Below, piece by piece: positions 1-14,131 of a DNA stretch of 64,000 nucleotides. A program made the position numbers and the translations under genes. The stretch lies in the NCBI RefSeq assembly GCF_009914755.1, contig NC_060927.1; one strand, written 5' to 3'. Under the pieces are notes generated by a model. That model had not been told where the DNA came from. It worked only from the letters and a program-made list of their open reading frames with translations, and made no database searches. Each line of letters starts with the position of its first letter. The stretch's first letter is position 1. The DNA is from the human T2T-CHM13v2.0 reference genome, Homo sapiens.

Positions 1-482
1 TGTTCTAACCCATCAATATTTTTTAAATTTTGCAATTTCCATACTATGCATCACATCAATCATTTTGCCAAACATTAACAGTTTTGTAAAAAAAAAAAAA
101 AAGAAAAAAGAAAATGAAAGTTACCAATGTTACTTTAAATGCCATTACTAAAACTTGATACTTTTCTTCTCAATACATAATTTTTATTTTAAAATTGTAG
201 CAGATAATGGCTCTTTAGTCAGTCAAACTGCCTTTCTGCTTTCTTTCCTTGTATTAGAGAACATGGAAAGCTTAAAAATCACATTTTTCTCCCTCTCTTG
301 CAGCTAGATTTCAACATGGTTAATGAACTCATATAAGAAACGGAAGGAAGAAGCAAGTACGTGAGGTAGATCATATAGGGATCAATTGGTTTTGCCTGAG
401 AATGCAGAGTGATGCTTAATGTAATAAAATCCATTATCTACATAGTCACAAAGAGTGGAAAACTCAAAGATAATTATCGAGC

Positions 483-1318
483 TGATATGGAAGTGCTAGG
501 AAGGGAAAAGTATGGTCCCTTTAAATAATACAGAAGAGGGAAGGGAAGTGCTGGGTAGAGAAAGCTGGGTCCCTGGCTAGGGCTCCACTCTCATGGACCT
601 AGGTGAGGACAAGCACTCCTGCCCTTCCAGCCGAAATGTTGCATTTTCCAATACCACCCTGGCCCGCCAGGAACCATCATGGGCCTATAAAAACCCAAGA
701 CCCCAGTGGGCAGACACATAGGTGGCCAGACGTCGAGAGGACCACATCAGCGTAAGCAGCTGGAAGGCAGGAGGACGCGGAGGGGGCACGCCAGCTGAAG
801 AGCACCCTAACAGACATCAGCATGCCCGCAGGCCATATACTGGTGGGACAAGACAGAGTTTGGCCGGGGCAATCTGAGGAGAGCCAGAGCCACGGAAGGG
901 CCCAACTCCAGGGGAAAACCACCTCCCTACTAGCTCTGCCATCAGCAGAGAGCTACTTCCACTCGATAAAACCTTGCATTCATTCTCCAAGCCCAGATGT
1001 GATCCTATTCTTCCAGTATACCAAGGCAAGAACCCGGGATACAGAAAACCCTCTGTCCTTGTGACAGGGCAGAGGGTCTAATTGAGCTGGTTAACACAAG
1101 CAGCATATAGACAGCAAACTAAAAGCACACGGTAGCACACGCCCACTGGGGCTTCATGAGCTGTAAACATTCACCCCCAGGCACTGCCGTGGGGTTGGAG
1201 CCCCACAGCCTGCCCGTCTGTGAGTTCTCGCAGAGGTTTGAGCAGCGGGGCACTGAAGTAGTGAGCCACACCCCCATCGCGCGCCCTGTGAGGGGACAAG
1301 GGAACCTTTCCCATTTCA
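483..1318 (+). mobile_element. Solo ERV1 LTR, LTR1-like (HUERS-P2/MER52-related group)
   Basis: TG...CA termini, ~835 bp GC-rich island; starts TGATATGGAAGTGCTAGGAAGGGAAAAG..GGTCCCTTTAAA; TATAAAA at 686; ends GGGAACCTTTCCCATTTCA. Confidence 0.8.
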
Positions 1319-2676
1319 ATGTCATCATTAATTAGTTCATGACACTAATAATTTCCATTTGTACCTTCCTACACATAATTATGTGCACATTCGGAATCAG
1401 CTTTTTCATGAGAAATAATCATAAAAAGGGGCTGTGCATAGAAAAAAAAATATTTTCTCCGTGCATTTGGTTTCAAAATTCAAATTTTAAAATTTATTTT
1501 TTATAAGCAGAGTTTATTACAGTTATGCAAAAAGACACAGAAGTTGGCAATACCTAGGAATGCTAGGGGCAGAGAGGATGAAGAGGAGGGTCAATCTGTA
1601 TTTCAACTAAGATGAGAAGCAGTACTCTTTTTATGAAAAATAAGAAGAACATAATTTGACTTAACCTAGGACCTCATTTCAGAAGAACACAACACATCTG
1701 GAATATCAGAAAGTTTGGAATCAAAATAAGTTTGAGAGAAGAAGTGGAATAAGGTTCACATGAGCAAAGCTGGAGGCAGAACCTGGATTGAAGGCTTAAA
1801 GAATGGTAAGGAAATGACAGAGCCTGGAAAATTAAATGGCAAAAATAGAAAACTTGAATGTGTCAAAAAAAAAAAAAAAAAAACCTGCCAGCACTACGAA
1901 GACAAATAGTACAGATATGTCCAAACCTGAGAGCAGCTGGGCCTAAAACGCCCCAACATTTTGAAAAGAAAAAGAAAACCAACAAAATTTCTTCAGATGT
2001 TAAAATTATTTTTATATAATAACTCATTATTAATTTTAAAATGAGTTCATGTCTCAGGATCAAATGGAAAGAGGTGCTGCTCAGCTGAGAACAATGTGTT
2101 CATGAGATTGCTTATAGTTCTATTCACATGAACAGATATTTGCAAAAATCACCCACTGTAATTACCAGTGCAAAACATTACGGATTATTATTTCATTATT
2201 ATTATCACTTCAAACCTCTCAACATGACTGTAAATGTGACTTCTTAAGTCAATGACATAGAATTGGCAATCACAAACTAACTATATTTAGCATAATGACA
2301 GAGTAAACCTTGTTTAATATAAGTATGCAAATGTCAATGGCATTGTTATTTACAAAGGCAACAAACAAAAGCCATCACCTGTATATTCTTCAATTTATAT
2401 TATTTCATTACATTCTAGTTTGTATATGAAATAATGCCTATTCTGAGAGAATTTTTTAATTCAAAGGAAGTTTGCAACAGTGTTTCATAATAGTAATACA
2501 CATTTATATATACACACATATATTCACATATATTATACTACACATCCATTTAATTTCTGTGGGTTGAAGTAGTGTTTCTAACCTCTTAGAAATGCTGATT
2601 AAATAAGTTCTTTAAGTAATTTATGAAAATTAAACAAATGAAAATTACTAGATTGATGTTAGACATGAGATTTGTT

Positions 2677-2995
<319 letters not shown>

Positions 2996-4529
2996 CTAAA
3001 ATAACCTACTGTTAGCTCTTGTAAACATTTTCTTTCTACATTACATATAAGTGGTCTTCTTGGGATATGTTAATGGTTAATTTTAAATTTTAAATCTCAA
3101 GCACTTCTTTATAATCTGTAGGCAAAGTTACAAAGGAGTACACAGAAAAAACAAAAACCACATCCCGCAAAACACTCAACATTGTTGAACAATTTACAGG
3201 GTAAATTCAGAGCACTTCTATGACCCAAATGCAGGAAGCAGGGAGGGTAGAAAATGAACATTTTGTTCTTCTAAGCAGTGGTAATGAAGGTGCAGCCCTG
3301 ATTTTAATACCTCAAGAAAGCATACAATTGTTATAAAATTATGTTAGCTATTATAAGAAACAGACTTGAGTGATCTAGAATGAGTATATTAATACATTTT
3401 ATTTCTTTTTATAGTCGAATGCTTAGCCAGAATAAATGCTAATTTATACCTTGTAGACATCACTCTTATTAGTAATGGGTATGGACTTGATTCTTCAAGT
3501 AACTAACATAATAATGTACCTTTTGAGATTTGCATGATATATTAGGAGGGGTGCAGCAAACTGAAGACTAATAGGCACAGTATAATCATATTTTTATGAT
3601 AATAAAAAGCATATAAATACAGGGAGGCAGAGGACAAGGGCAAGGACAGTTTACAAATGCCTAAAAACTGATGAGCAAGAATACCCATAAAATCTGTCAA
3701 GAGTGGATGGTAGCCTGGAGGGCCAGGCCATTAATGATTATAAGAAGGGCTACTTTTCTTTCCATATTTTTTAAATTAAGTCCTATTTTTTAAACAGACA
3801 TTATGAATCATGTTGCATAATTACAGAAAAAGTAAAACTGACTCTCTTCAACTAAAAATAAAGGCATTTCAAATATCAAAATAAAAAGTTTTCCTGGGTT
3901 GAAACACATGTCAAATGTCCTGTTGTTTTCCACACATCCAAAGAAATATACATGTGCATATATGTATGAAAGTTTAACTTTTTATTAATGTAAAAAATTT
4001 CAAAGGAAAATCTATTCCAGAGAAAAATATTATTTTTCAATCTGTAAGTTCAGGAAACTATGTAAACTGAAAATATGAAAAGAACAATTTAAACTCAACC
4101 AAAATGCCATGCCTTGGCTTTCCAAAAGAGGGAGATATAACTTCACTGCCACAAACATATCAATGTGACACATAAATGATCTACTCAAATACAGAACTTA
4201 TCTAGAAAATAATTTTAAGGAAAAACTCTAAATTATGTGTTTATTTTAGCCTTATGATTTTAATTGCCTAAAAAGCACAGTTAAATCTATGAAAAATATC
4301 ATGATCTACAATAATAAAATGAAAGCTGTTCCAGCTCCTTTAGAGAGCTCAATTGTAGAATAAAAATGTGACAAAAGACTTATAGTATTTAGATTTTGAA
4401 AAATAGGTTTAGAGATGACAGATGTCAGCTACTAAAATTTGTACCTTCTGATTGTTATTTGAAAATTAAAATTTAATATTATTCTGAACTAGAGACAGAA
4501 TGCTACTCATTTCTTACAATGATTATTAA

Positions 4530-5785
4530 AATTCTCTTATTTCCTTGAGCAGTGGTTTGTTGCTCTCGTTGAAGAGGTCCTTCACATCCCTTGTTAACTG
4601 TATTTCTAGGTATTTTATTCTCTTTGTAGCAATTGTGAATGGGAGTTCATTCATGATTTGGCTCTCTGCTTGTCTATTGCTGGTGTAAAGGAATGCTTGT
4701 GATTTTCGCACATTGATTTTGTATCCTGAGACTCCACTGAAGTTGCTTATCAGCTAAAGGAGTTTTGGGGCTGAGATGATGGGGTTTTGTAAATATAGAA
4801 ACATGTCATCTGCAAACAGAGACAATTTGACTTCCTCTCTTCCTTTTTGAATACCCTTTATTTCTTTCTCTTGCCTGATTGCCCTGGCCAGAAGTTCTAA
4901 TACTATGTTGAATAGGAGTGGTAAGAGAGGGAATCCTTGTCTTGTATCAGTTTTCAAAGGGAATGCTTCTAGCTTTTGCCCATTCAATATGATATTAGTT
5001 GTGGGTTTGTCATAAATAGCTCTTATTATTTCTAGGTATGGTTTATCAATGCTTATTTTATTGAGAGTTTTTAACATGAAGGGATGTTGAATTTTATCAA
5101 AAGTCTTTTCTGCATCTACTGAGATCATCATGTGGTTTTTGTCCTTGGTTCTGTTTATGTGATGGATTACATTAGTTGATTTGCATATGTTGAACCAGCC
5201 TTGCATCCCGGGGATGAAACTAACTTGATCTTGATGGATAAGCTTTTCTGATGTGCTGCTGGATTCGGTTTGCCCGTATTTTATTGAGGACTTTTGCATT
5301 GATGTTCATCAGGGAAATCATTCTACTCTAAAGACACATGGTCATATATGTTTATTGCAACACTATTTACAATGGCAAAGACATGGAACCAACCCTAATG
5401 CCCATCAATGATAAACTGGATAAAGAAAATGTGGTACATACACACCACGGAATACTATGCAGCCATAAAAAGAAATGAGATCATATCCTTTGCAGGGACA
5501 TAGATGAAGCTGGAAGCCATCATTCTCAGCAAACTAACACAGGAACAGAAAACCACACACTGCATGTTCTCACTCATAAATGGGAGTTGAACAATGAGAA
5601 TACACGGGGAGGAGAACAACACACACCAGGGCCTGTTGTGGGGTGGGGGTGAAGGGAGGGAACTCAGAGAACGGGTCAGTAGGTACAGCAAACCACCATG
5701 GCACACGTATATCTATGTAACAAACCTGCACGTTCTGCATGTGTATCCCAGAACTTAAAGTAAAATCAAAATAAAAAATGAAAAT
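4530..5785 (+). mobile_element. Older L1PA, 5'-truncated with 5' inversion (ORF2 RT fragment ~4530-5315 on minus; 3' end ~5316-5785 on plus)
   Basis: Minus ORFs 4754-5299 and 4526-4711 are degenerate L1 ORF2 RT sequence (LSLFADDM motif). The plus part is the L1 ORF2 end/3'UTR with an A-rich tail. Confidence 0.9.
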
Positions 5786-8193
5786 AAAGCTATATTAATC
5801 AAAAATAATAATAATTAAGATAACAGGTATACACTGGTACTGTTCAGGCAAAGCAGAATGTAGGGTGAGCCAGTAATAAAAGTACTTACTGTATCGAGTT
5901 CTTGTAATGAGTCAATGACAAAATATATGTAAATTAGTTAGCTGTCAATGGGAAACATTCAGTAAGTGGTAGCTGCTTATGTTGGTATTTTTCATGCCTC
6001 CTACTTGAGCTAACAAAGCAAAAAAATCGATGAGCTGTTTATTCTTATCTTTTAATAGATGATGCTGGGTCTAGTAATGAGGTAATGAGTGTTTAATAAT
6101 ATAATCATACAGAGCCCTCTTTGAGAGGGAAAGGAGCTTTATGTCTATTTAGTTATGTTTATTACAGTGATTCTCCACCAAAAGAAGGAAAATCTGTTTT
6201 TCAAATTTAAAAACTTGAAACAGCCCATCCTGCCTCTTCCACACACCTAGCTCCTTAGCTTGATAGTTACTTCCACAGGAAGCTGCTTCTACTGAGTGGA
6301 CTGTGTCCTAGCTCTTAGGCTTATTGGAGCAGATAAAAATTAAAAATAACTCATTTATTAGATTATTTCCTTAAAGGCAGTAATTTTTAAAATTCTGATT
6401 CCCTATGCATATTACAGTACCAGGTACACAGAAGATACTCAACACATATTTGTTGAACTAGTGAAAATATGAATAAATAGAACTCGGCAGCTAAAAATCA
6501 ACCTTATGAGGTGATAGACTGTAGTGTAACCCTGCAACCAAAGCTCCACTATGATTGGGAACTTTCCTCGGCTTCAACTAGAACATTTGAGGGTCACAGA
6601 ATCAAGGAATTCAGAGATTTCACAGCTGCAGCTGGTGCCAAGGAGCTGTTTGCTATTTAGATTAGTTCTCTTAGTTAATTGATTGTAACAAGTAAAAACT
6701 CAGTAAAGTTAATCTGCCAATTATCTCAAAAAAATAAAAAGGAAACAGGCAGAAAAAATTCCTGCAACACTTTTTAAAAAGTAGTAAGTTCAGTTCTCAA
6801 AAAAAGTTCCGAACCTAAAACAAAGGTTAAAAAAACAGCCATTAAGACTTAAAGCAGCAATGAAAACAATAATAGTTGCCTTGCCACAGTTTCTATAAAA
6901 TTAGCCCTTATAAACTATCGAAGAATCAAATTATTTGATTTACTTCTTCAAAGACTGAGTCTCAAAATGGCTTTAACACTCAATAAATATCTTTTGAGTG
7001 TCTACTCTGCCAGGCACTGTTCAAAGAATTGAGAGTATACAGGAGTAGGAAAAAAAAAACACACACACACACAGCAAAGGCCATGCTCTCATGGAGCTTA
7101 TACTGACATGGAAAGGGGATTATTTATATTAAATTTTAATTCCTCTTATTGTATACTGTCAGTATTTTTCTCTTTTTCACTATAGATTAAAAGGAACCTT
7201 GACTGCCATCTCTTGCTAAACATCTTCTTATCCCAAACAATATTCTTCTCTGCTTACTATTATAATGTGTGGCAATATCTTATTAAATTTTACATACACT
7301 TATAATTTCATTATTTATAAAATATTTTTAACAACCTACAAAATAAACATACTGTGCATTTTGATTTAATATATTTAAGTAACTCTGAGTTAATATTGTT
7401 AAATAACAAATACCAATAAAAACAACTCAATCATAGGATTTATCATGGTAAATGTCTAAGGAAGGAAGACACAAGGGACATGGAAATATTATATAATTAT
7501 ATGACCATGGAGTAAAATCAAGTAAGTGTGAAAAGATTTAGATCGCTTCTCTTATAATCAAATGCCTTAAATCTGTAATCCAGACTTTGGAACCCATCCT
7601 TCAGACATCCCTTGATGAGACAAGAGCAGCCGACTCTAACTGCTCTGCAGACCTTGAATGCAAAACCACATGGTCAACGAAAGCAGAGGGAGTGTGGAGG
7701 ACGCTCAGCCTGCCTCCAACAGGGAGACCCCTGGGCTAATTCAGGTGGCTTTATCACAGAAGAATATGATAAACAAGACCATACCACCAGCATGTCAGAG
7801 GCCAGAAAGAGGAAGAAGCAGAAGAAGCAGTCTCCAAAATGCATGCGCGTCCAACACAGCATCCCCTCCCACATCAATTTCACCCGACCTCTTTACAGAT
7901 AAAAATCCTCTCTACATTGGCTGATTTGAAGACAGGTTTCATTTTTCCATTAAACTTTCCGTTTCCCAAGCTAAAGTTTTACAATTACTCAAAATCACTT
8001 TTAATATATCATTTCTTATATAATGTTTCCAAACTTGTGATAATAATACAACTAAGTTTGGTTCCTTACCAGCCAAACAATTCTAATCTAACCCAGTTCA
8101 ACTCAAGACTTCCTCCTAAATTTCCCTCTATTTGTACATTTAGACTGTTTCTCCCACAATTATCATGCATCAGTTGTACATTCTAATAGTTTA

Positions 8194-8400
<207 letters not shown>

Positions 8401-8899
8401 TTAACAACAGCATGATAGGACTAATAGTTAATGAATTTCAAGAAAAACAAAATACTGCTTTACTTGCACAAAAAATCAAATTGTCTAAAATAATTGTTTT
8501 CTGAAGTGTTAATCAAAATACTAGTGGTTTAGAAAAGGCAGGTTATTCTTAATTTATTTATAAAAAATGCATTTTAAAGTGTGCTTTTGCATTTTATAAT
8601 TAAATTAAGACTATAACATTTTCAGTTGTGGTTTCAACTCTAATACTTCTGTCAATAAACAGAATGCAAAAGAAAATGATGGATCCTTTTTTTAGAAAAC
8701 ACCATCAACAAAGAGACATATTATGAACAAACAAATGTACATGCCATGGTAGAAAAATAATGACAAACCATTAAAATCATATAACATTTACTGAATTTCA
8801 TAAGAGTGTGACAGAGCTGACATAAAATCTAAAGAAATGCCTTAAGCAAGAAAGGTAGAAGGTTATATAAAGTATAGGAAGTAAAGAAAAGGTGGAATG

Positions 8900-10200
8900 C
8901 AGAACGTGGAAGAAAGTAAAACCAACAAGAGCAGACTCACACACACGACACTTAACGTATCATAAGGGAGGCATTAAAAACCAGTGAGTAAAGGACACAC
9001 TATTTAATAAGTGGTGCTGGAAAAATTGGTTATCCTTATGAAAATAAAATAAAATAGATCTCCACCAACTAGTATGTCCCCAAATCATTTGAACATGGAT
9101 TAATACTTATACATGATAGGCAGAACCATAAAATGCTTAGAAGAAAATACAGAGAAATATATTTACAATATTGGAGTATAAAAGGTTCTTTAAGTAAAAT
9201 GTTTTTAAAACTATAAAACTTTTAAGACTGATAATTCTGACCATTAAAACTATAAACTTGTCATCATAAATAGATGAATCGATAGAATGACAAGACAAGC
9301 TATAAATTGGGAGAATACATTTGTAGTGAATATACCAAAAGAGAGAGAGCATCCATAATACATGAAGAACATTGTAAGTCAATGAGACAAAGAAAACAAA
9401 TCAAGAGAAAAATTGATAAAAAATATATTCAGGAGAGGACACTTGAATGGCCAATAAACATGTAATGATACTCAAGCTCACTGTTTAATCAATCACAAAT
9501 TAAAACAACAATAAGATATCATTTCGCACTCAGGACATTGGCAAAAATTAAAAGTTTAAAAATATCATCTAGTCAGCAACGATATAAAACATTGCTGCTG
9601 AGGGTATCATTGGTAAAAACAACTTGGTATCATATGTGATGCGAAATTGAAGATATCTTAACCCCACAGCCCGACAATTCAGCTCCTAGGAAATAGTTCA
9701 GAGAAATTCTCCTAAATGTACACAAGAAGGCATTCAAAATTATTCCCTGAAGAATCTTTTGTCATAGCCAAAAAACTGGAAGCTATCAAAATTTCAACAG
9801 CCACAATATGGGTAAAACCTTGTAGTATAATTAAACAACTGGATGCTATACAATGGTATAAAATGAATGGATTATAGTACCAACATATGCAAATATCCCA
9901 CACACAAAAGTTAATTTTAAAAGAGTACAGAAGAATAGCATTTATATCAAGATCAAGAACTATCAAAACATTATATGAAACTTATTGATACATAGGTATG
10001 TAGTAAAAATATTAAATCAGAAATATGAATATGAAATACCAAATTCTATGGTGATTCCCTGTGGGTAGAAGAAAGGGAACACAAGAAGCTTCAATAATAT
10101 CTGTATTATTTTTTGTTAAAGTGAGTTGTATACACATAGATGTTTATTACATTATTTACTATTTGTTTATGCCTAAAATATTTCATGGCATTAACAAAAA
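8900..10200 (+). mobile_element. Ancient L1M (L1ME/MD-like) 3' fragment
   Basis: Degenerate L1 ORF2-end/3'UTR motifs (tatttaataagtggtgctggaaaaattgg; tggccaataaacatg; caattcagctcctagg); boundaries approximate. Confidence 0.65.
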
Positions 10201-12379
10201 ATCAAGCAGCCTTGTGGCATATACTGGGTCGCTAAGACATTACATTCTCAACTAAGGACATAATAAAGGAATAATCAGGAAACTCATTTTATGCCATTTT
10301 TTCTTCCATTACATATTTCACTCTTCTCTCTCAGCCAGTCTGAATACCGGGGGTAAAACAGGAGTAAGAAATAAGATTTAAATAAAGGTTCTTCTAAACA
10401 GTTACCTATTCTCCATCATGAAGACAACCTGAAAATGTCTAACAGCAGTTTATCTTCAAGGGCAGCTCTACAAGTTTGGTGCTGCTATACTCCTCTTCAC
10501 CTAAAAACCTCAAATACATCTCACCTATACATGCTGTGACATTCCATTACCAAAACAAAGAGTTTAGTCCATAATTAGAGAAAAAATAATAATAAAAGCT
10601 TGGAATATAAAAATCTAGGTACTAGAACACTATATGATTCCTGCATTTCTTTTTAGCTAATCACTTAAGACAAGCAGCAGATCTTTTCCCGGTTAGGTAG
10701 AACTGAAAATAAAGGGTATAGTTCGTTAGTTCATTCATTCATTCATTAAATATGTACTCCGTGCTTAATGCAGGCCCTGTTCAATGCCAAACCAAATTTA
10801 GTGCTCTAAATTCGTCATATCTCATAAAGAAAAGGTTAAATTGAGTTATAATAGACCAATATAAATGAGAAAATGTACAATGGTGAATCCACTAAAAAAT
10901 TTATTAAAAGATTTGGATATTTTGAAAGTGAAATTCAATGATATGTGAAATTTAGATATGCAGATTTATTTGTAAGAGCTGTTTTCAGCACTGTGAAAAT
11001 GGTTTCCAATATCAGTTTTTGAAAATTGATGAACTAGTTCTTTAGCTTGGTATCAACTATTGTTTCAAGATTATTTAAATAAGCAAAGTATTAATATTTG
11101 ATAAAGAAAAATACTTTAACTATGTCGCATTTTTCTTTTATAATAGTTTAATTATATAAAACTCCAAAGCACATGCTGATTACTTGTAATTATACACTGT
11201 AAAAAACTTTTTTTCTTTGCATCTTCAAGAGTTTCATTTTAGTAATGCCCCTTTCCTCATGGGAACTCAGGTGTTGGCTTTCGCTGCAGGTACTCTTTTC
11301 TTGCCAAACACAAATCTTTAAAGCAAGACTTAGAAAATCTTTACAATATTTACCCCCACCCAAAAAAATCCAGTACATTAGCCATCATAAACTATGTAGA
11401 GCATACTAAAGATTTCATATGGGAGAGAAAGAAGGTCTGCAAGCATATATGTATGAAACTATTTAAGACTTTTCCATTAGTCCGTTTTCTCTCCAAATAA
11501 ATCCCTCTTCAGCTACCCCACCATCAGTTTTTCCATCTCCTTGGCTCTTTCTCCAATCATTGCTAAGCCCTAAATTCTCCTCTTTCTCATTCCTTTATTA
11601 GTGTTTCTTCTTTCCATTAAAAACATGGGCACCAACCAGAATATCCACTTCTACCACACTACATCACACAAAGGATTTTTTCCAATAAAACCAGTTCCTG
11701 CCTTATATGAGTTTCTCAAAATATCTAATAAAAACAGCTTTACTCCACAGAATACACATATCTTAATATCCAGAAACAGAATAATCAGGAAAATCATTGG
11801 ATTTGGATCTGTGCTTATAAACTTAACATTAAACACTTAGCTAAGAAAGAAGGAACTATCATTAAGGTGTATCCAGGTGTAATTGCAGGAACCAATCATG
11901 GAAGCACACAGTTAAAAATAAATACATAAAATTCAACCTCAAATTATTGGTATAAAATACTGAAAATTGATTTTAAGTAAAATTTGATTTAGAAAAACAC
12001 AGAAGGCAAAATAATATAAGCTGGTAGACACATTTTAGGGAAATGCATGTCTTGTGAAATAAGTCATGTGACTCTACTACAGAATATAATTGAAAATAAA
12101 GTAATAATATTAATAATAATAAATAGTACCAAGCCATATCAGAGCCTATCTAAAGACATATTTATAAAAAAATCAGGTTACTCAAACTTTTTTTCATTTA
12201 ATCCTACACAACTTATGCTGAGTACATGAGAGAGAATTAATTATGTAATGCAAAGAGTTTGCATTGCTATGCAGACCTGAGGATGGAAATAAACATGACT
12301 CTTCATCATGTGTGACAATCATTTGCTTCTCTACCAAGCATAGAACTACACATAGAACTAGAAAGGTCTCTATCTAGGT

Positions 12380-12577
12380 CAGTGGGTTCTCAAACTATAG
12401 TTTACATGAGAATCACATGGATTTGTTAAAATACAGATTGCTGGGTCCCAGTCCTAGAGTTTTTTATAAAGATCTTTGGTGAGGCCTAATAATTTGCATT
12501 TCTAAAAAGGTCATAGGTGATGTTGATGCCAGTGGCCTCAACTTTAGAAACCAGGGACTACACTTTAGAAACAACTG
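12380..12577. mobile_element. MER5A-like hAT-Charlie MITE
   Basis: cagtgggttctcaaact...ttgttaaaatacagattgctggg...ttgcatttcta...cactttagaaacaactg. Confidence 0.75.
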
Positions 12578-13357
12578 CCCTAGTTAAATTGATGTGTTTG
12601 CGTGTTCTCTACTTAACAGTTTTGTGAGTAATTTTCTAGATGAAGTTAAACTAAAAGGCTATCAAATAATATAATATATCAACAGGTCAAGGGACTTCTG
12701 AAATCAAAAATGTCATAAATAATCCTTTGAGGCTAGTGTTAATCACATGAAATATAGGATTTAAGATTTAGGATTGACTGGGGTTGTAAAGCCCAGGAAG
12801 GATGACCAGTGAGAATCAGATTAAACACACAATCTCAGAGATCAAGGAATTTAAATGTATTAATGTGAGGGAATAGAAATGATAATCAGAACATGAGAAG
12901 ACAACATGCGTTAAAACCATTATTGAATATACTATTATTAGTGTCTACAGATAATATTCTCTATGATATTCACACCGAAACATTGCTTGGTTAAAAAGTA
13001 TAAGCAACTGATAACAAAATGAATAAAAATTTAAAGGTTTATTTTTCCCATAGAAAAGTGATATTAAACCTTTTAAATGTTAACAATATTAACTCATATT
13101 CCTGTCTACTCTTCATTATCTACCATAACCTAGATATTGCTAGGCTCAAAGTTAGGTACCCCCAAAACAATGTGTGCTTATTATTTCAGTTTTGGCAAAA
13201 TTTTAAGAACATGTTTCCTATACGCATAAATTATTTTATTACAACATCTGCTAAAACATTTGATGTTTATCAAGTAAAGAAAACCTGATACAGTTCTCTG
13301 TTTTAATGATAAAATGTTAAAATGTATTAAAACTTAGGTATACAAATAAAGACCATA

Positions 13358-13690
13358 CAGGCACTATTTACAATTGAGATAAATGTAAACAAATATAAAG
13401 ATCTTTATGATGATCCACTTTCACTTAATGAATAGTAAATATATTTTCTGTTTCTTATGATTTTCTTAATAACATTTTCTTTTCTCTAGCTTACTTAGTT
13501 GTAAGAACACAGTATATAATACATATAATGTATAAAATAAATGCTAATCAACTGTATGTTATTGGTAAGGCTTCTTGTCAACAGCAGCATATTAGTAGTT
13601 ACGTTTTGGGGGAGTCAAAATTTATACTCAAACTTTTGAGTATGTGGGGAGTAGGCACGCCTAGCCCCCACAGTGTTCACAGGTCAGCTG
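13358..13690. mobile_element. Tigger2-derived element (Tigger2a/MER8-like)
   Basis: ctttatgatgatccactttcacttaatgaatagtaaatatattttc ... gttcacaggtcagctg followed by TA. Confidence 0.7.
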
Positions 13691-14059
13691 TATAGTCTTG
13701 GAGCAACATTTAGGAACCTCCAAGAATGTAGAAAGGATTCTGATACTCTTATGCTTGTCTAGTTTCTCTTGATAGAAACTTTTGGGGTGGCATATTAATG
13801 TTTTTGTTTACATTGTGACTAAGTGGCATTCTTGGAGTCCAGCGTATTTTAATTTGCAGTCTTAAGTCTGGAATAAAGGTAGATTTTAATTATAAATTAA
13901 AATAAAATATTTCTAGGAATCACTCGGCAATTAATATGTACTAATTACTCTTTTAAAATAAAAATATAATGTATATAAACATAGTATTTGAACATCTCTT
14001 ACTAAAGAAGGTCTTACAGAGCTAATTTACAATAATTAATTTTTTTTGGCCTTCTGTAT

Positions 14060-14131
14060 TTTTCTTTATTTTCTTTTTTATTTTACTTAAGTGCTGGGAT
14101 ACATGTGCAGAACGTGCAGGTTTGTTACATA
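14060..14131 (-). mobile_element. Extremely 5'-truncated L1PA 3' terminus
   Basis: T-rich tail then ttaagtgctgggatacatgtgcagaacgtgcaggtttgttacataggtatacatgtgccatggtgg, the reverse complement of an L1PA 3' end. Confidence 0.8.

Noticed and set aside
4526-5299. 181-aa and 61-aa ORFs with reverse-transcriptase similarity
   Set aside because: Broken L1 ORF2 fragments in a truncated, inverted L1; not a functional or novel RT system
7612-7924. Overlapping 96-aa and 88-aa plus-strand ORFs as a nested gene
   Set aside because: No homology, promoter or splice support; expected by chance in a GC-richer patch
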